64,000 nucleotides of DNA from Bacteroidales bacterium (GCA_026416095.1 JAOAFV010000010.1:22896-86895), one strand, 5' to 3'. Shown: positions 28,307-37,358, counted from the first letter of the stretch. The notes: a model not told the origin generated them from the letters alone. Numbers and translations: made by a program.

Positions 28307-29560
28307 ATGTTTATATACAAATTTGGTGGGGCTTCGTTAAAAGACTCCGAAGGTATTAAAACTGTAGGTAAGATTATAAAAAGAAATGCTAAAGAAGGAC
28401 TTGTTATTGTTATTTCGGCAATGGGTAAAACAACAAATGCTTTAGAAATTGTTCACAAATATTATTTAAGTGGCGATAAAAACAACTGTAAAGCACATAT
28501 AGAAACTATTAAAATGTACCATTTAAATCTTATAGGTGAAATATTTTCGGAAAAAAATAATATCTGTCGAAAAATTAATAATTACTTTTTAGAAATAGAA
28601 GAGATAACTAATAAGGAACCTTCATTAAATCCTGACTTCGAATACGATAAAATAGTTTCTTATGGCGAATTAATATCTTCTACGATAATATCGGAGTACT
28701 TAAAATCTATTGACGTAGAAAACGAATGGGTAGACATTAGAGAATATTTAATAACCGACGATTTTTTTCGCGAAGCAAATATCAATTTTGCTCTTTCGGA
28801 AAAATTAATTTGTGGTAAGTTTAAATCAAATAAAATTTTTGTTACTCAGGGTTTTATTGGAGGCACAATAACCAAACTTACTACAACTCTTGGCCGCGAA
28901 GGTTCAGATTATACAGCAGCACTACTAGGTTACTTCTTAAATGCCGAATCGGTAACAATTTGGAAAGATGTTCCCGGCATCTTAACTGCCGATCCTAAAA
29001 TTATGAATAACTACACTCAAATAAAAAAACTCTCTTACGAAGAAGCTATTGAACTTGCTTATTATGGAGCACAAGTTATACATCCACGAACTATTAAGCC
29101 ACTCCAAAACAAAAATATACCACTTTATGTTAAACCTTTCTATAACGAAGAAGAAACAGGCACCGAAATTTCATGCTGCCAAAATCAAAATAAATTACCC
29201 CCTATATTCATTCATAAATTTAACCAGTGTATTATTAATATTACTTCAAAAGATTTTTCTTTTATTGTCGAAGAAAATATTAAATACATTTTCACTTTAT
29301 TGTGTAAACACAAGTTAAAAACAAATCTATTACAGCAATCTGCAATATCAATATCTTTATGCGTTGATTACGACGAACGAAAAGTGTATAGTTTTACAAA
29401 AGAATTGGAAAATAGTTTTACAATTAAAATTGAAACCAACCTTACTTTGTTGACTATTCGACATTATACCTTAAAAGTGCTAGCAGAACAAGTAAACTCG
29501 AACAATGTAATTTTGGAAGATATAAATCGCTATGTAGCTAAACTTGTAATTAAAAATTAA
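28307..29560 (+). CDS. lysC: aspartate kinase (monofunctional)
   Basis: 417 aa with YKFGGASL, VISAMGKTTNAL, LGREGSDYTAA, and C-terminal ACT-like region. Confidence 0.85.
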   Translation: MFIYKFGGASLKDSEGIKTVGKIIKRNAKEGLVIVISAMGKTTNALEIVHKYYLSGDKNNCKAHIETIKMYHLNLIGEIFSEKNNICRKINNYFLEIEEITNKEPSLNPDFEYDKIVSYGELISSTIISEYLKSIDVENEWVDIREYLITDDFFREANINFALSEKLICGKFKSNKIFVTQGFIGGTITKLTTTLGREGSDYTAALLGYFLNAESVTIWKDVPGILTADPKIMNNYTQIKKLSYEEAIELAYYGAQVIHPRTIKPLQNKNIPLYVKPFYNEEETGTEISCCQNQNKLPPIFIHKFNQCIINITSKDFSFIVEENIKYIFTLLCKHKLKTNLLQQSAISISLCVDYDERKVYSFTKELENSFTIKIETNLTLLTIRHYTLKVLAEQVNSNNVILEDINRYVAKLVIKN

Positions 29561-30608
29561 TAAAAGTAATAGTACGGGGTATAATACCCACAATTTTCTT
29601 ATCAATCAGTTGCCGATTATTATTATAAATTAGAATTTCACCGTTGGTAACATAATCTTTAGCATCGGTTACAACTATATATTTATTGTTAGGATGTATA
29701 TTTAACGAATAAAAATTCTTACTTTCACCATTTATAAAAAAACTATTAGGCACAACTGTGTCGTATATGGAAATTTTATATATATGCTTGTTAATAAAAT
29801 AAATACTATCGCAACTTGGATTTATACATAATGAACGTGCCGAAGCCGATTTATCTTTTAAAATAAAGGTTTTTAATATCTTATTATTTTTACTATCTAT
29901 TTTATGAAGAGTTGGAAACTCATGTCCTATAGGATTACCTTCGTAACCACCATCGCACAAAACCCATATGTTACTATCTTTATCGCTTACTATGCTATTA
30001 GGTTGTAATCCAACGGTTATACTGTCTATTAGTAATTTGGTATTTGTATCAAAAACATAAACCTTATTATTAAACGACCAACTTGTTGCATATACTTTAT
30101 TATTGAGTTTAATCATTGCTTCAATACATCGTGGTGTGTTAATTGTAGAAGCAATAGTATTATTTTTTGTATTAATTACGTAAATACATTTGTTATATAA
30201 GTCGCTAACCCAAATAGTATTTTTATCGATAGGAACGATATAGCGTGGCGAAACCAAATTTTTTATTGAAGCTTTATATTTCATTGTAAAAGGATCGGTT
30301 ATTTGAATTAAACCAGAATTATTCACTACTATGTAACAATTTGTATCTATTATTTTCAAATCCATTCCAACATCGCCTAAAGGTATTTTATTTGCTCTAT
30401 AAAATACATCATTTTCTACTTCTCTTTTTACTTCGTCGTAAAAACTTATTGAACTATTGCCCCAAGTAAAGTTACCTTCGTTGACTATATAAAACCCCTT
30501 TTTAAAATTAAAGGTTTCCTTAAAATTTTCTTTTTCATCTTTTCTGCATCTAAAATGAAAAATTATTACATAAAAAATAAATACACCTATTATTACTTTA
30601 CTTTTCAT
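29550..30608 (-). CDS. YncE/BtuG-like beta-propeller protein, last gene of the B12-riboswitch operon
   Basis: 352 aa. Repeated blade-like units (..IWV.D.., ..VYVF.., ..IWVLCDG..) and an N-terminal signal segment ending FHFRC followed by RKDEKE. Immediately downstream of a BtuB-size TonB-dependent receptor. Confidence 0.55.
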   Translation of the reverse strand: MKSKVIIGVFIFYVIIFHFRCRKDEKENFKETFNFKKGFYIVNEGNFTWGNSSISFYDEVKREVENDVFYRANKIPLGDVGMDLKIIDTNCYIVVNNSGLIQITDPFTMKYKASIKNLVSPRYIVPIDKNTIWVSDLYNKCIYVINTKNNTIASTINTPRCIEAMIKLNNKVYATSWSFNNKVYVFDTNTKLLIDSITVGLQPNSIVSDKDSNIWVLCDGGYEGNPIGHEFPTLHKIDSKNNKILKTFILKDKSASARSLCINPSCDSIYFINKHIYKISIYDTVVPNSFFINGESKNFYSLNIHPNNKYIVVTDAKDYVTNGEILIYNNNRQLIDKKIVGIIPRTITFINF

Positions 30609-30614
30609 AATAGT

Positions 30615-32471
30615 TTATTTATAAACTAAAGTAAACCCAAATTCAAAGTATCTACGAGGATAAGCTCTCCATAACATACTACTGTATTGTTTATTAGTTA
30701 AGTTAATTACTTTGAAAAGAATTCTGACAAACGTTTTCTCGTTAATTTTAATGTCTTTTTCAATATCAATATCAATTAATAACATTGCTGGTAATACGTA
30801 ATGTTCAGTGTATGCAAACGGAAAACGTTTATCGTAAAATGTAAGTTTATTGCCAATATTAAAATTATTATTGATTAAAAACGTTGTCCTATTTGTAAAG
30901 GTTATAAATGGAATATAAGGATTATGAATTATTTTAGTATTACCATCGTTGCCAGATATTCGATTTATTGTAATTAAAAATTCGTTTAAGATATTAATTC
31001 TTTTTCTGTGAAAGGAATTAATAAGATTTAAAGAAGCTCCATGTAATGTTGCATTTCTAACATTATCAGCTTTCCAGTAGCCAAATATTGTTGGTTGCCA
31101 CAAAATCCAGTCGAAAAGCCTTTTGTAAAAACTTGTTAATTTTAAAGATGGTAATTTTATATTTGAACTAGAAAAATCTATGCCACCTTCAATTGTAAAA
31201 CATTTTTCAGGTTTTAAATTTTCGTTACCTCCGGGTTTGAAATACAATTCATTAAGTGTTGGGAATCTAGTATTATTGCCTATTGATACAAAGTAAGAAA
31301 ATTGCGATCGTATTCTTTCAAATGATAGTCTATTATTACAGTAAAATTTATGTTTATGCTTTGTAATATTTATTGTGTGAATTATATTGTGGTTCTCTAG
31401 TTCTAAATTGTGTGTTATGCCAAATTTTGGTATGTTAGTAAATGATTTTTGTTTGTTAAATATTCCATAATTATATATGTTATTTAAATTCATTTTGAAA
31501 GATGATTTTTTAACATTGAAATTTAATTTAAACGAAAAATTATTAGAAATCGAATACCAGCTTGAAGAGATATTAGTAACAATTTTTTCGTTAAAAAAAT
31601 GAATTAAAGAATAATTTGCTTTGTTTATATTTATTCCTTCTAATAAAGAGAATTGAAATTTGTCACTTATGTAAAAATATTCTAATGAACTTATGAAATT
31701 TTTTAAATTTTGTGTTTCATTAGAATTATTGTTAACATTTAAAATTATTGGCTGAAAGTTCAATTCGTGTATTGAAAATAAGTTATTAAACTTAATTTTA
31801 CTAAAATTCTTGGAGTACATAAAAAAGTTGCTATAACTCAATCGTTTTGAAGGTTCGTTAATTTTTTGTTCGATAGGTGGTATAAAATAATTATTAACTA
31901 TTTTAAATCTATTTTTATTAAAGTTACAGCTTATAGTATGCGAAGTTTTAAGTTTTTCTTTTTTTAGTGATTTATTTATCAAAAAACAGTTATTTTGAAT
32001 TGTTTGGTAAGAATATTTAAAAATTGTTTTATTTTCAATGTTTTCGTCGCTATTAATACTTATGGTACCACCGAAAGCACTACTACTAATATTTAGTGAA
32101 GAAATACCATAATGAATTGAATAATTATTATCGGGAGCAATTAAAATTGAAGATATATCTACCATTCCATTAAAAGGAGAATTTATTAGAATATTGTTCC
32201 AGTATACTTCTGTATGAGAAGGAGAAGTTCCTCTTATCTGAAGAATTTGATTGTTTAAACTATAAGTTTTTATTATCACGTCGGCATTATTTGCCAAAAT
32301 ATTGCTTATAGAATTTCCATAAGATTTATGAATATCTGTTTTTTTTATCTTATGAGTACAAAATTTATTTATACTATCTGTGACATCGATTTGTTTAAGC
32401 ATAATCACTTGTTGGCAAGGTAAATAATAAACAATAAAAAGAAATATTGAAATAATAATTAGTAAATGCAT
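30615..32471 (-). CDS. TonB-dependent outer-membrane receptor, BtuB-like size class
   Basis: 618 aa. Signal peptide, plug-like region (IRGTSPSHTEVYWNNILINSP), and a long run of alternating beta-strand-like sequence. It has no SusC-type N-terminal extension and lies behind a cobalamin riboswitch. Confidence 0.75.
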   Translation of the reverse strand: MHLLIIISIFLFIVYYLPCQQVIMLKQIDVTDSINKFCTHKIKKTDIHKSYGNSISNILANNADVIIKTYSLNNQILQIRGTSPSHTEVYWNNILINSPFNGMVDISSILIAPDNNYSIHYGISSLNISSSAFGGTISINSDENIENKTIFKYSYQTIQNNCFLINKSLKKEKLKTSHTISCNFNKNRFKIVNNYFIPPIEQKINEPSKRLSYSNFFMYSKNFSKIKFNNLFSIHELNFQPIILNVNNNSNETQNLKNFISSLEYFYISDKFQFSLLEGININKANYSLIHFFNEKIVTNISSSWYSISNNFSFKLNFNVKKSSFKMNLNNIYNYGIFNKQKSFTNIPKFGITHNLELENHNIIHTINITKHKHKFYCNNRLSFERIRSQFSYFVSIGNNTRFPTLNELYFKPGGNENLKPEKCFTIEGGIDFSSSNIKLPSLKLTSFYKRLFDWILWQPTIFGYWKADNVRNATLHGASLNLINSFHRKRINILNEFLITINRISGNDGNTKIIHNPYIPFITFTNRTTFLINNNFNIGNKLTFYDKRFPFAYTEHYVLPAMLLIDIDIEKDIKINEKTFVRILFKVINLTNKQYSSMLWRAYPRRYFEFGFTLVYK

Positions 32472-33379
32472 ATTCTAAAATGATTAAGAGTGTTATTTTT
32501 CTCATGTTTAATGATATAAATACCTGGTGGATAACTTAAAAAAATTTCTTTTACATTGTAATACTTATTGATTTCTTGGCCATTAATATTAAAAATGGTT
32601 AAATTGCAATAGCTATCTAAGTATAATGTTTTATTATAAAATATAAAATTAATGTTATCATTATAATCGTTGAGCTCATTAATAACAGCAATAGCATCAA
32701 GATCAAAGCCACCAGTTTCAAATGGAGTAGGGTAGGGATCGTTTATAATATTTCCCTTTGAATCGTACGAACGTGAACTACAATCAATACAACCAACAAC
32801 ATCTATTATTTTTACGTAATTTATCTTATTCTTATTTAGATATGGGGAATGGGGTAACTCATCAATATCGAACAATGTACCATACAATGCTTTATATTTC
32901 CCAGCAAGATTATATATTTTGTTTGGATCAATATAACCAAATGTACCAACTTGAAAATTTGTTTGAGTCAAAGATATTGAAGGAAATCTAAACCAATTAA
33001 TACTATCGGTACTAACTTCTACGTGAGCAAGTTCTAAAAAACTGTCTACAAAGGCATTTTCGAATATTGCAAAATCGTAACCTATTCCGTTTCTAATAGG
33101 TTTATTAAACTTACATACTGCTATACCACTATCGCCAAGTGAAACTACAATGTTGTCGGCTTTATAAGTTGCATTATTTTCGTTACCCCAAGTTGTATGT
33201 CCAGTATTTTTATTTGATATGTCCTTGTAGCCGCGTTGAACATAACATTTTGTAGCCCAACTTTTAATTCGGCTATCTTGATAAAATATATAATCATTAT
33301 TTAAAAACTGACATTCACCTTCATAAATTACAATGAATAAAATTATTATAATTTTAATATTTTTTCTTGATAAGTGCAT
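32459..33379 (-). CDS. secreted protein with T9SS type-A C-terminal sorting domain, function unknown
   Basis: 306 aa with a signal peptide. Central GYDFAIFENAF...VEVSTDSINW motif. C-terminal about 70 aa (LTIFNINGQEI...PGIYIIKHE) is CTD-like. Confidence 0.55.
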   Translation of the reverse strand: MHLSRKNIKIIIILFIVIYEGECQFLNNDYIFYQDSRIKSWATKCYVQRGYKDISNKNTGHTTWGNENNATYKADNIVVSLGDSGIAVCKFNKPIRNGIGYDFAIFENAFVDSFLELAHVEVSTDSINWFRFPSISLTQTNFQVGTFGYIDPNKIYNLAGKYKALYGTLFDIDELPHSPYLNKNKINYVKIIDVVGCIDCSSRSYDSKGNIINDPYPTPFETGGFDLDAIAVINELNDYNDNINFIFYNKTLYLDSYCNLTIFNINGQEINKYYNVKEIFLSYPPGIYIIKHEKNNTLNHFRICIY

Positions 33380-34332
33380 TCTTTTGCTATAAGTTTAATA
33401 ATGTATACACCAGATTTTAATTCCGATAAAGATATTTTATTTGTAGGATTGTTTATATCTTTAACAAGTCTAAAAAAATTATCGAAAATTTGTACATGAT
33501 CGATATTATCGGGTATAAATAAATAGTTATATGTGGGATTGGGAAATAATTTTACTTTATTCTGGCTAATTAGTTTAATATTATTGTTTTTAGGAATAAA
33601 CTGAATATTGTCGAAGCAAAAGTATGCGGGAGTATTCATGCCATATTGTCCTGTGTCGCTCGATGCGAGTTTGAATTTAAGTTTAGTTATTGTTCCTAAA
33701 CTTGTAAGATCTATGTTTTGCCATTCTTTTACAATATAATCAGAATCGTTATTGGCAAATCTATAGTCGGCAAGATAAAATTCAATCTCACCAGTTTTTA
33801 ATGTGTCGAAGAAACCTTCGATTATTAATTTGAACCAGTCGGGGTCGTTACCAGTTACTCCTCCAAACGGTTTACAAAAAAAGTCGCCATTCTTTATTGT
33901 AAGAGCTGTATAAGTTGTATTAGTTACCTTAATTGAAATAGGAACAATCGAATCGTAATAAGGTTTGAAGTCTATAACATTAGGTACAATTTCAAAGTTA
34001 CTAAAATCTATATTATTGTACGAAATACCGAATATTGTTGATTGTTCTACTTGTTGCCCTGCAAATGTACTATATTGGTTATTTAAGTTTTGAAAAGTAT
34101 CGTCGATCATATTTGAATAAGCAAAACCGTACCACGATGTTATTCCTCCACCCCAATCGGTAAAAGTATTTGGAAAAAAAACATTGTTAGAAATAAAACC
34201 TCCACTATTATCGGAGCCATTCCAATAAGAATTTTCGAGTAATATTAAATCTTCAAAATTAATAATTTCATACTGTGAAGTTGCATTAAGACATAAAAAA
34301 ATAACAATGCTTGAAATAAAAAACTTTTTCAT
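33346..34332 (-). CDS. secreted protein (possibly DUF4465-like) with T9SS type-A C-terminal sorting domain; first gene after the riboswitch
   Basis: 328 aa with a signal peptide. C-terminus LFPNPTYNYLFI...VQIFDNFFRLV...LKSGVYIIKL is a typical T9SS CTD. The DUF4465 assignment is from memory of the family and is unverified. Confidence 0.55.
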   Translation of the reverse strand: MKKFFISSIVIFLCLNATSQYEIINFEDLILLENSYWNGSDNSGGFISNNVFFPNTFTDWGGGITSWYGFAYSNMIDDTFQNLNNQYSTFAGQQVEQSTIFGISYNNIDFSNFEIVPNVIDFKPYYDSIVPISIKVTNTTYTALTIKNGDFFCKPFGGVTGNDPDWFKLIIEGFFDTLKTGEIEFYLADYRFANNDSDYIVKEWQNIDLTSLGTITKLKFKLASSDTGQYGMNTPAYFCFDNIQFIPKNNNIKLISQNKVKLFPNPTYNYLFIPDNIDHVQIFDNFFRLVKDINNPTNKISLSELKSGVYIIKLIAKECTYQEKILKL

Positions 34333-34388
34333 ATTATATAAACTTTAAAGTTATACTCTTATAAATAATTACTTTGAGTTTAACTTCA

Positions 34389-34604
34389 CTGGCTTTTAAC
34401 CCGAAGCCAGCTAACGGTGCATATTAAGCAGGTCTTCTGGCTTGCTTCGGTTTGTTAGCCTTCCCATTCTTTCTTTTCCAGAAAGAACAGTGGCTTCAGA
34501 TTAACAAACCACATATTGAAGCTCACAGCTGCGGGTACAGCTCCGGATTTTCACCGGATTCCCTTTCATCCTTCTTTTGCACATAGAAGGATTACTTAAT
34601 ATGC
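34389..34604 (-). promoter_or_regulatory. cobalamin (AdoCbl/B12) riboswitch: aptamer 34419..34604 plus downstream hairpin 34389..34410
   Basis: Minus strand has P1 GCATATTAAG (34604..34595) pairing with CTTAATATGC (34428..34419). Core motifs are GGGAATCCGGTGAAAATCCGG, GCTGTACCCGCAGCTGT and GCCACTG. The B12 box is GCAAGCCAGAAGACCTGC (plus 34428..34445). It is a conspicuously GC-rich island in an AT-rich spacer. Confidence 0.9.
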
Positions 34605-34608
34605 GGTG

Positions 34609-34616
34609 CAAATATA
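34609..34616 (-). promoter_or_regulatory. candidate -7 promoter box (TATATTTG on minus strand) driving the riboswitch operon
   Basis: TAnnTTTG match ending 4 nt upstream of the P1 5' strand. Confidence 0.45.
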
Positions 34617-34675
34617 TGTATAATTTTTAAATAAAAAAATTATTCTAATAGTTTTTATTTTAATATATAAATTTA

Positions 34676-34683
34676 TATTTTTG
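34676..34683 (+). promoter_or_regulatory. candidate -7 promoter box (TATTTTTG) for rplY-pth
   Basis: TAnnTTTG match 89 nt upstream of the rplY ATG. An imperfect hairpin follows (TTTCCATC...GATGGGAAA). Confidence 0.35.
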
Positions 34684-34772
34684 CACGCTCAATTTTCCAT
34701 CTTCTTTTTTAAAAATGTGCGATGGGAAATTAAGTTTAAACTTAATTTTGAGTAGCACTAAATTTTATTAAT

Positions 34773-35423
34773 ATGAAAGTAATTGATTTAAATGCAACAA
34801 TTAGAGAATCTTTAGGGAAAAAAGCAGCAGCAAAATTACGTAAAAAAGGACTTATTCCAGTAAACTTATATGGGAAAGGACAAAACTACAATCTTTGTAT
34901 AGAAGAAAAATTTCTTAACAAATTGTACTTTACTCCTTATTCCTATGCTGTAAACATTAAGTTTAACAACATTGAAAAGAAAGCAATTTTAAAAGAAGTT
35001 CAACTTCATCCTGTAACCGACAGAATTATTCATGTAGACTTTTATGAAATAACCGAAGATACCCCATTTGAAGTAGAAATACCTGTAAAAACCGTTGGCC
35101 TTGCAAAAGGAGTTCAATTAGGAGGGAGATTATTACAAGAAAGAAAATTTATTAAAGTTAAAGGGTTACTGAAAGATATTCCTGACATAATCGAGGTAAA
35201 TGTTGAAGACCTTGGACTTGAAAAAACCATACATGCTAAAGATATAAGTATTCCAGGAATCGAAATAATAGAAAGACCCGACGAACCTATTGTAAGTGTA
35301 AAAATTACTCGTGTAGCTAAAGAAGAGGCAGCTCAATTACAAGCAAGTCAATCGCAAGAACAATCATCAGCTCAATCTCCTCAATCTACTCAATCGAGTG
35401 AATCAAAAACTAAAAAGACTTGA
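34773..35423 (+). CDS. rplY: 50S ribosomal protein L25/general stress protein Ctc
   Basis: 216 aa with LRKKGLIPVNLYGKG, and a Q/S-rich C-terminal tail typical of the long Ctc form. Confidence 0.9.
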   Translation: MKVIDLNATIRESLGKKAAAKLRKKGLIPVNLYGKGQNYNLCIEEKFLNKLYFTPYSYAVNIKFNNIEKKAILKEVQLHPVTDRIIHVDFYEITEDTPFEVEIPVKTVGLAKGVQLGGRLLQERKFIKVKGLLKDIPDIIEVNVEDLGLEKTIHAKDISIPGIEIIERPDEPIVSVKITRVAKEEAAQLQASQSQEQSSAQSPQSTQSSESKTKKT

Positions 35424-35998
35424 AATACCTAGTTGTTGGCCTGGGAAATATTGGTGTTGATTACGAAAAAACAAGACATAACATAGGATTTAGAATAGTT
35501 GATTTTTTAGCAGCAAAGTTTAATTGCACTTTCAAAGAAAATAGTATTTCATATTATAGTAAATTCCTAAAAAAAGAAAAGGAAGTTTTTTTAATTAAAC
35601 CCAAAACTTACATGAATTTAAGTGGAAAGGTTGTAAAATTTTGGAGTGAAAAAGAAAATATTCTTATCAATAATCTTATGGTTATTGTCGACGATGTGTC
35701 ATTACCTTTTGGTACCATAAGAATAAGACCTTATGGTAAAAATGCTGGCCATAATGGCCTTGAAAGTATCGATTTAGCATTAAATACTAATAAATACCCA
35801 CGTTTAAGATTCGGAATTTGTAACGAAACTTTTGTACGTCATAATTTGTCGAATTTTGTTCTTTCTAACTTTACTGAATATGAAGAAAAATTCTTACCTT
35901 TTTTAACAGAAAAAGCATCTGAAGCTGTGTTAAATTTTATTTTTCAAGGTATTGAATTCACAATGAATAAATTTAATAAAAATCACTTGAAATCTTAA
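35420..35998 (+). CDS. pth: peptidyl-tRNA hydrolase
   Basis: 192 aa. (M)KYLVVGLGNIG..Y..TRHNIGF is exactly the canonical N-terminus. The start codon is TTG, overlapping the rplY stop by 4 nt. Confidence 0.9.
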   Translation: MKYLVVGLGNIGVDYEKTRHNIGFRIVDFLAAKFNCTFKENSISYYSKFLKKEKEVFLIKPKTYMNLSGKVVKFWSEKENILINNLMVIVDDVSLPFGTIRIRPYGKNAGHNGLESIDLALNTNKYPRLRFGICNETFVRHNLSNFVLSNFTEYEEKFLPFLTEKASEAVLNFIFQGIEFTMNKFNKNHLKS

Positions 35999-36038
35999 TT
36001 TAAAATTCTTTAATTTTAAAAAATTGATATGTTCTTAA

Positions 36039-36046
36039 TAAATTTG
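36039..36046 (+). promoter_or_regulatory. candidate -7 promoter box (TAAATTTG)
   Basis: TAAATTTGCAAAAGAAA, 48 nt upstream of the 36094 ATG. Confidence 0.35.
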
Positions 36047-36093
36047 CAAAAGAAATTTAAGCAAAATGAATAATTAATTTAAAGAACTTTAAA

Positions 36094-36603
36094 ATGACAT
36101 TTAATAAATGTATAATATTAATATTATTTTTAATAGTTGTTGGATGTTGTAAGTTTTATGAAAATAAGTACGTTAGCGATCCAGAAGATTTGCATAAAAT
36201 TATTCCACAATATATGTATAAGCAGGTAAATATGAATGGGCATAAATATGTTTTTTTTGTCGATTCAACTCACCCATATAGTTATACTATCTCTATTCCT
36301 TTAAAGGAATTAAAAAGAAAGCGTTATAAAAGTGTTACTGGTAAATGCGAAGTGTATTTATTTTCACTTCCTTCTTACATAAACTTGGTATTTGAAATAC
36401 GGCGTAACGATAATATTATTTTCTGGAATTCTTTATCTTGCGATACAGTAATAAAATCAATTTTAAAATGGCAAGAAGCCGAATTTTTTAATCAAATTCC
36501 TAATGTCGACACTCTTTTAGACAATGACATATTTAAATTCTACTTGTGGAGTGTTAAATATAATCCTTGCTATATTGGTAAAATGGAATTAATATTTAGG
36601 TAA
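36094..36603 (+). CDS. hypothetical lipoprotein
   Basis: 169 aa. The signal segment ends LIVVGCC, which is lipobox-like. Confidence 0.45.
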   Translation: MTFNKCIILILFLIVVGCCKFYENKYVSDPEDLHKIIPQYMYKQVNMNGHKYVFFVDSTHPYSYTISIPLKELKRKRYKSVTGKCEVYLFSLPSYINLVFEIRRNDNIIFWNSLSCDTVIKSILKWQEAEFFNQIPNVDTLLDNDIFKFYLWSVKYNPCYIGKMELIFR

Positions 36604-37358
36604 TGTTTGATAACCATAAAATAGCAGTAATATTGCCAGCATATAATGCCGCAAAAACTTTAAAAAGAACTGTTGAAGAAATTCCTTTCGATATTGTTGA
36701 TGAAGTTATACTTGTTGATGATTGTAGTTTCGACAATACTATTGAAATAGCTAAACAATTAGGAATAAAACATATTATTAAACATGATAAAAATAAAGGT
36801 TACGGTGCAAATCAAAAAACATGTTACGATACAGCTTTAAAACTTAATTGTGATATAGTAGTTATGTTACACCCCGATTATCAATATTCTCCGAAACTAA
36901 TAAAAGCACTTGTAGCAATGATTACATCGGGGCATTACGATGTGGTGCTTGCTTCAAGAATTTTAGGTAAAGGTGCTTTAAAAGGAGGAATGCCTTTGTA
37001 TAAATACATTTTCAATAGAATACTAACATATTTGCAAAATGCAATAATGAAACAAAAATTTTCGGAATATCACACTGGCTATAGAGCTTTTAAAAGTGAT
37101 GTTTTAAGAAAAGTAAATTATAAAGCTAATTCTGACGATTTTGTTTTTGATAATCAAATGATTGCTCAAATATGTTACCATAACTTTAGAGTAGCTGAAA
37201 TCTCATGCCCCACAAGATACTTTAAAGAAGCTTCATCGATTAATTTTAAAAGAAGTATTAAATATGGTCTTGGTGTAATATTAACTTCGTTGCAATATAG
37301 ATTACAAAAATGGAAAATAAAAAAATTTAAAATTTTTGAGGCAAATGTCGATAGATAA
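36603..37358 (+). CDS. glycosyltransferase family 2 (polyprenyl-phosphate sugar synthase-like)
   Basis: 251 aa with [21 protein letters not shown] and DYQY (DxD-like) motifs. Confidence 0.75.
   Translation: MFDNHKIAVILPAYNAAKTLKRTVEEIPFDIVDEVILVDDCSFDNTIEIAKQLGIKHIIKHDKNKGYGANQKTCYDTALKLNCDIVVMLHPDYQYSPKLIKALVAMITSGHYDVVLASRILGKGALKGGMPLYKYIFNRILTYLQNAIMKQKFSEYHTGYRAFKSDVLRKVNYKANSDDFVFDNQMIAQICYHNFRVAEISCPTRYFKEASSINFKRSIKYGLGVILTSLQYRLQKWKIKKFKIFEANVDR

Noticed and set aside
29550-29560. 11-nt 3'-end overlap of convergent lysC and the beta-propeller gene, considered as a possible antisense or termination-coupling feature.
   Set aside because: Other convergent pairs in this window (9436/9443, 50494/50502, 61721/61744) lie only 6-22 nt apart, also without hairpin terminators. 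This looks like general genome compaction rather than a specific regulatory device.
35330-35423. Q/S-rich low-complexity tail of L25 (QLQASQSQEQSSAQSPQSTQSSESKTKK), considered as a possible repeat or fusion.
   Set aside because: Long-form Ctc/L25 proteins often carry disordered C-terminal extensions. There is no nucleotide-level tandem repeat structure.
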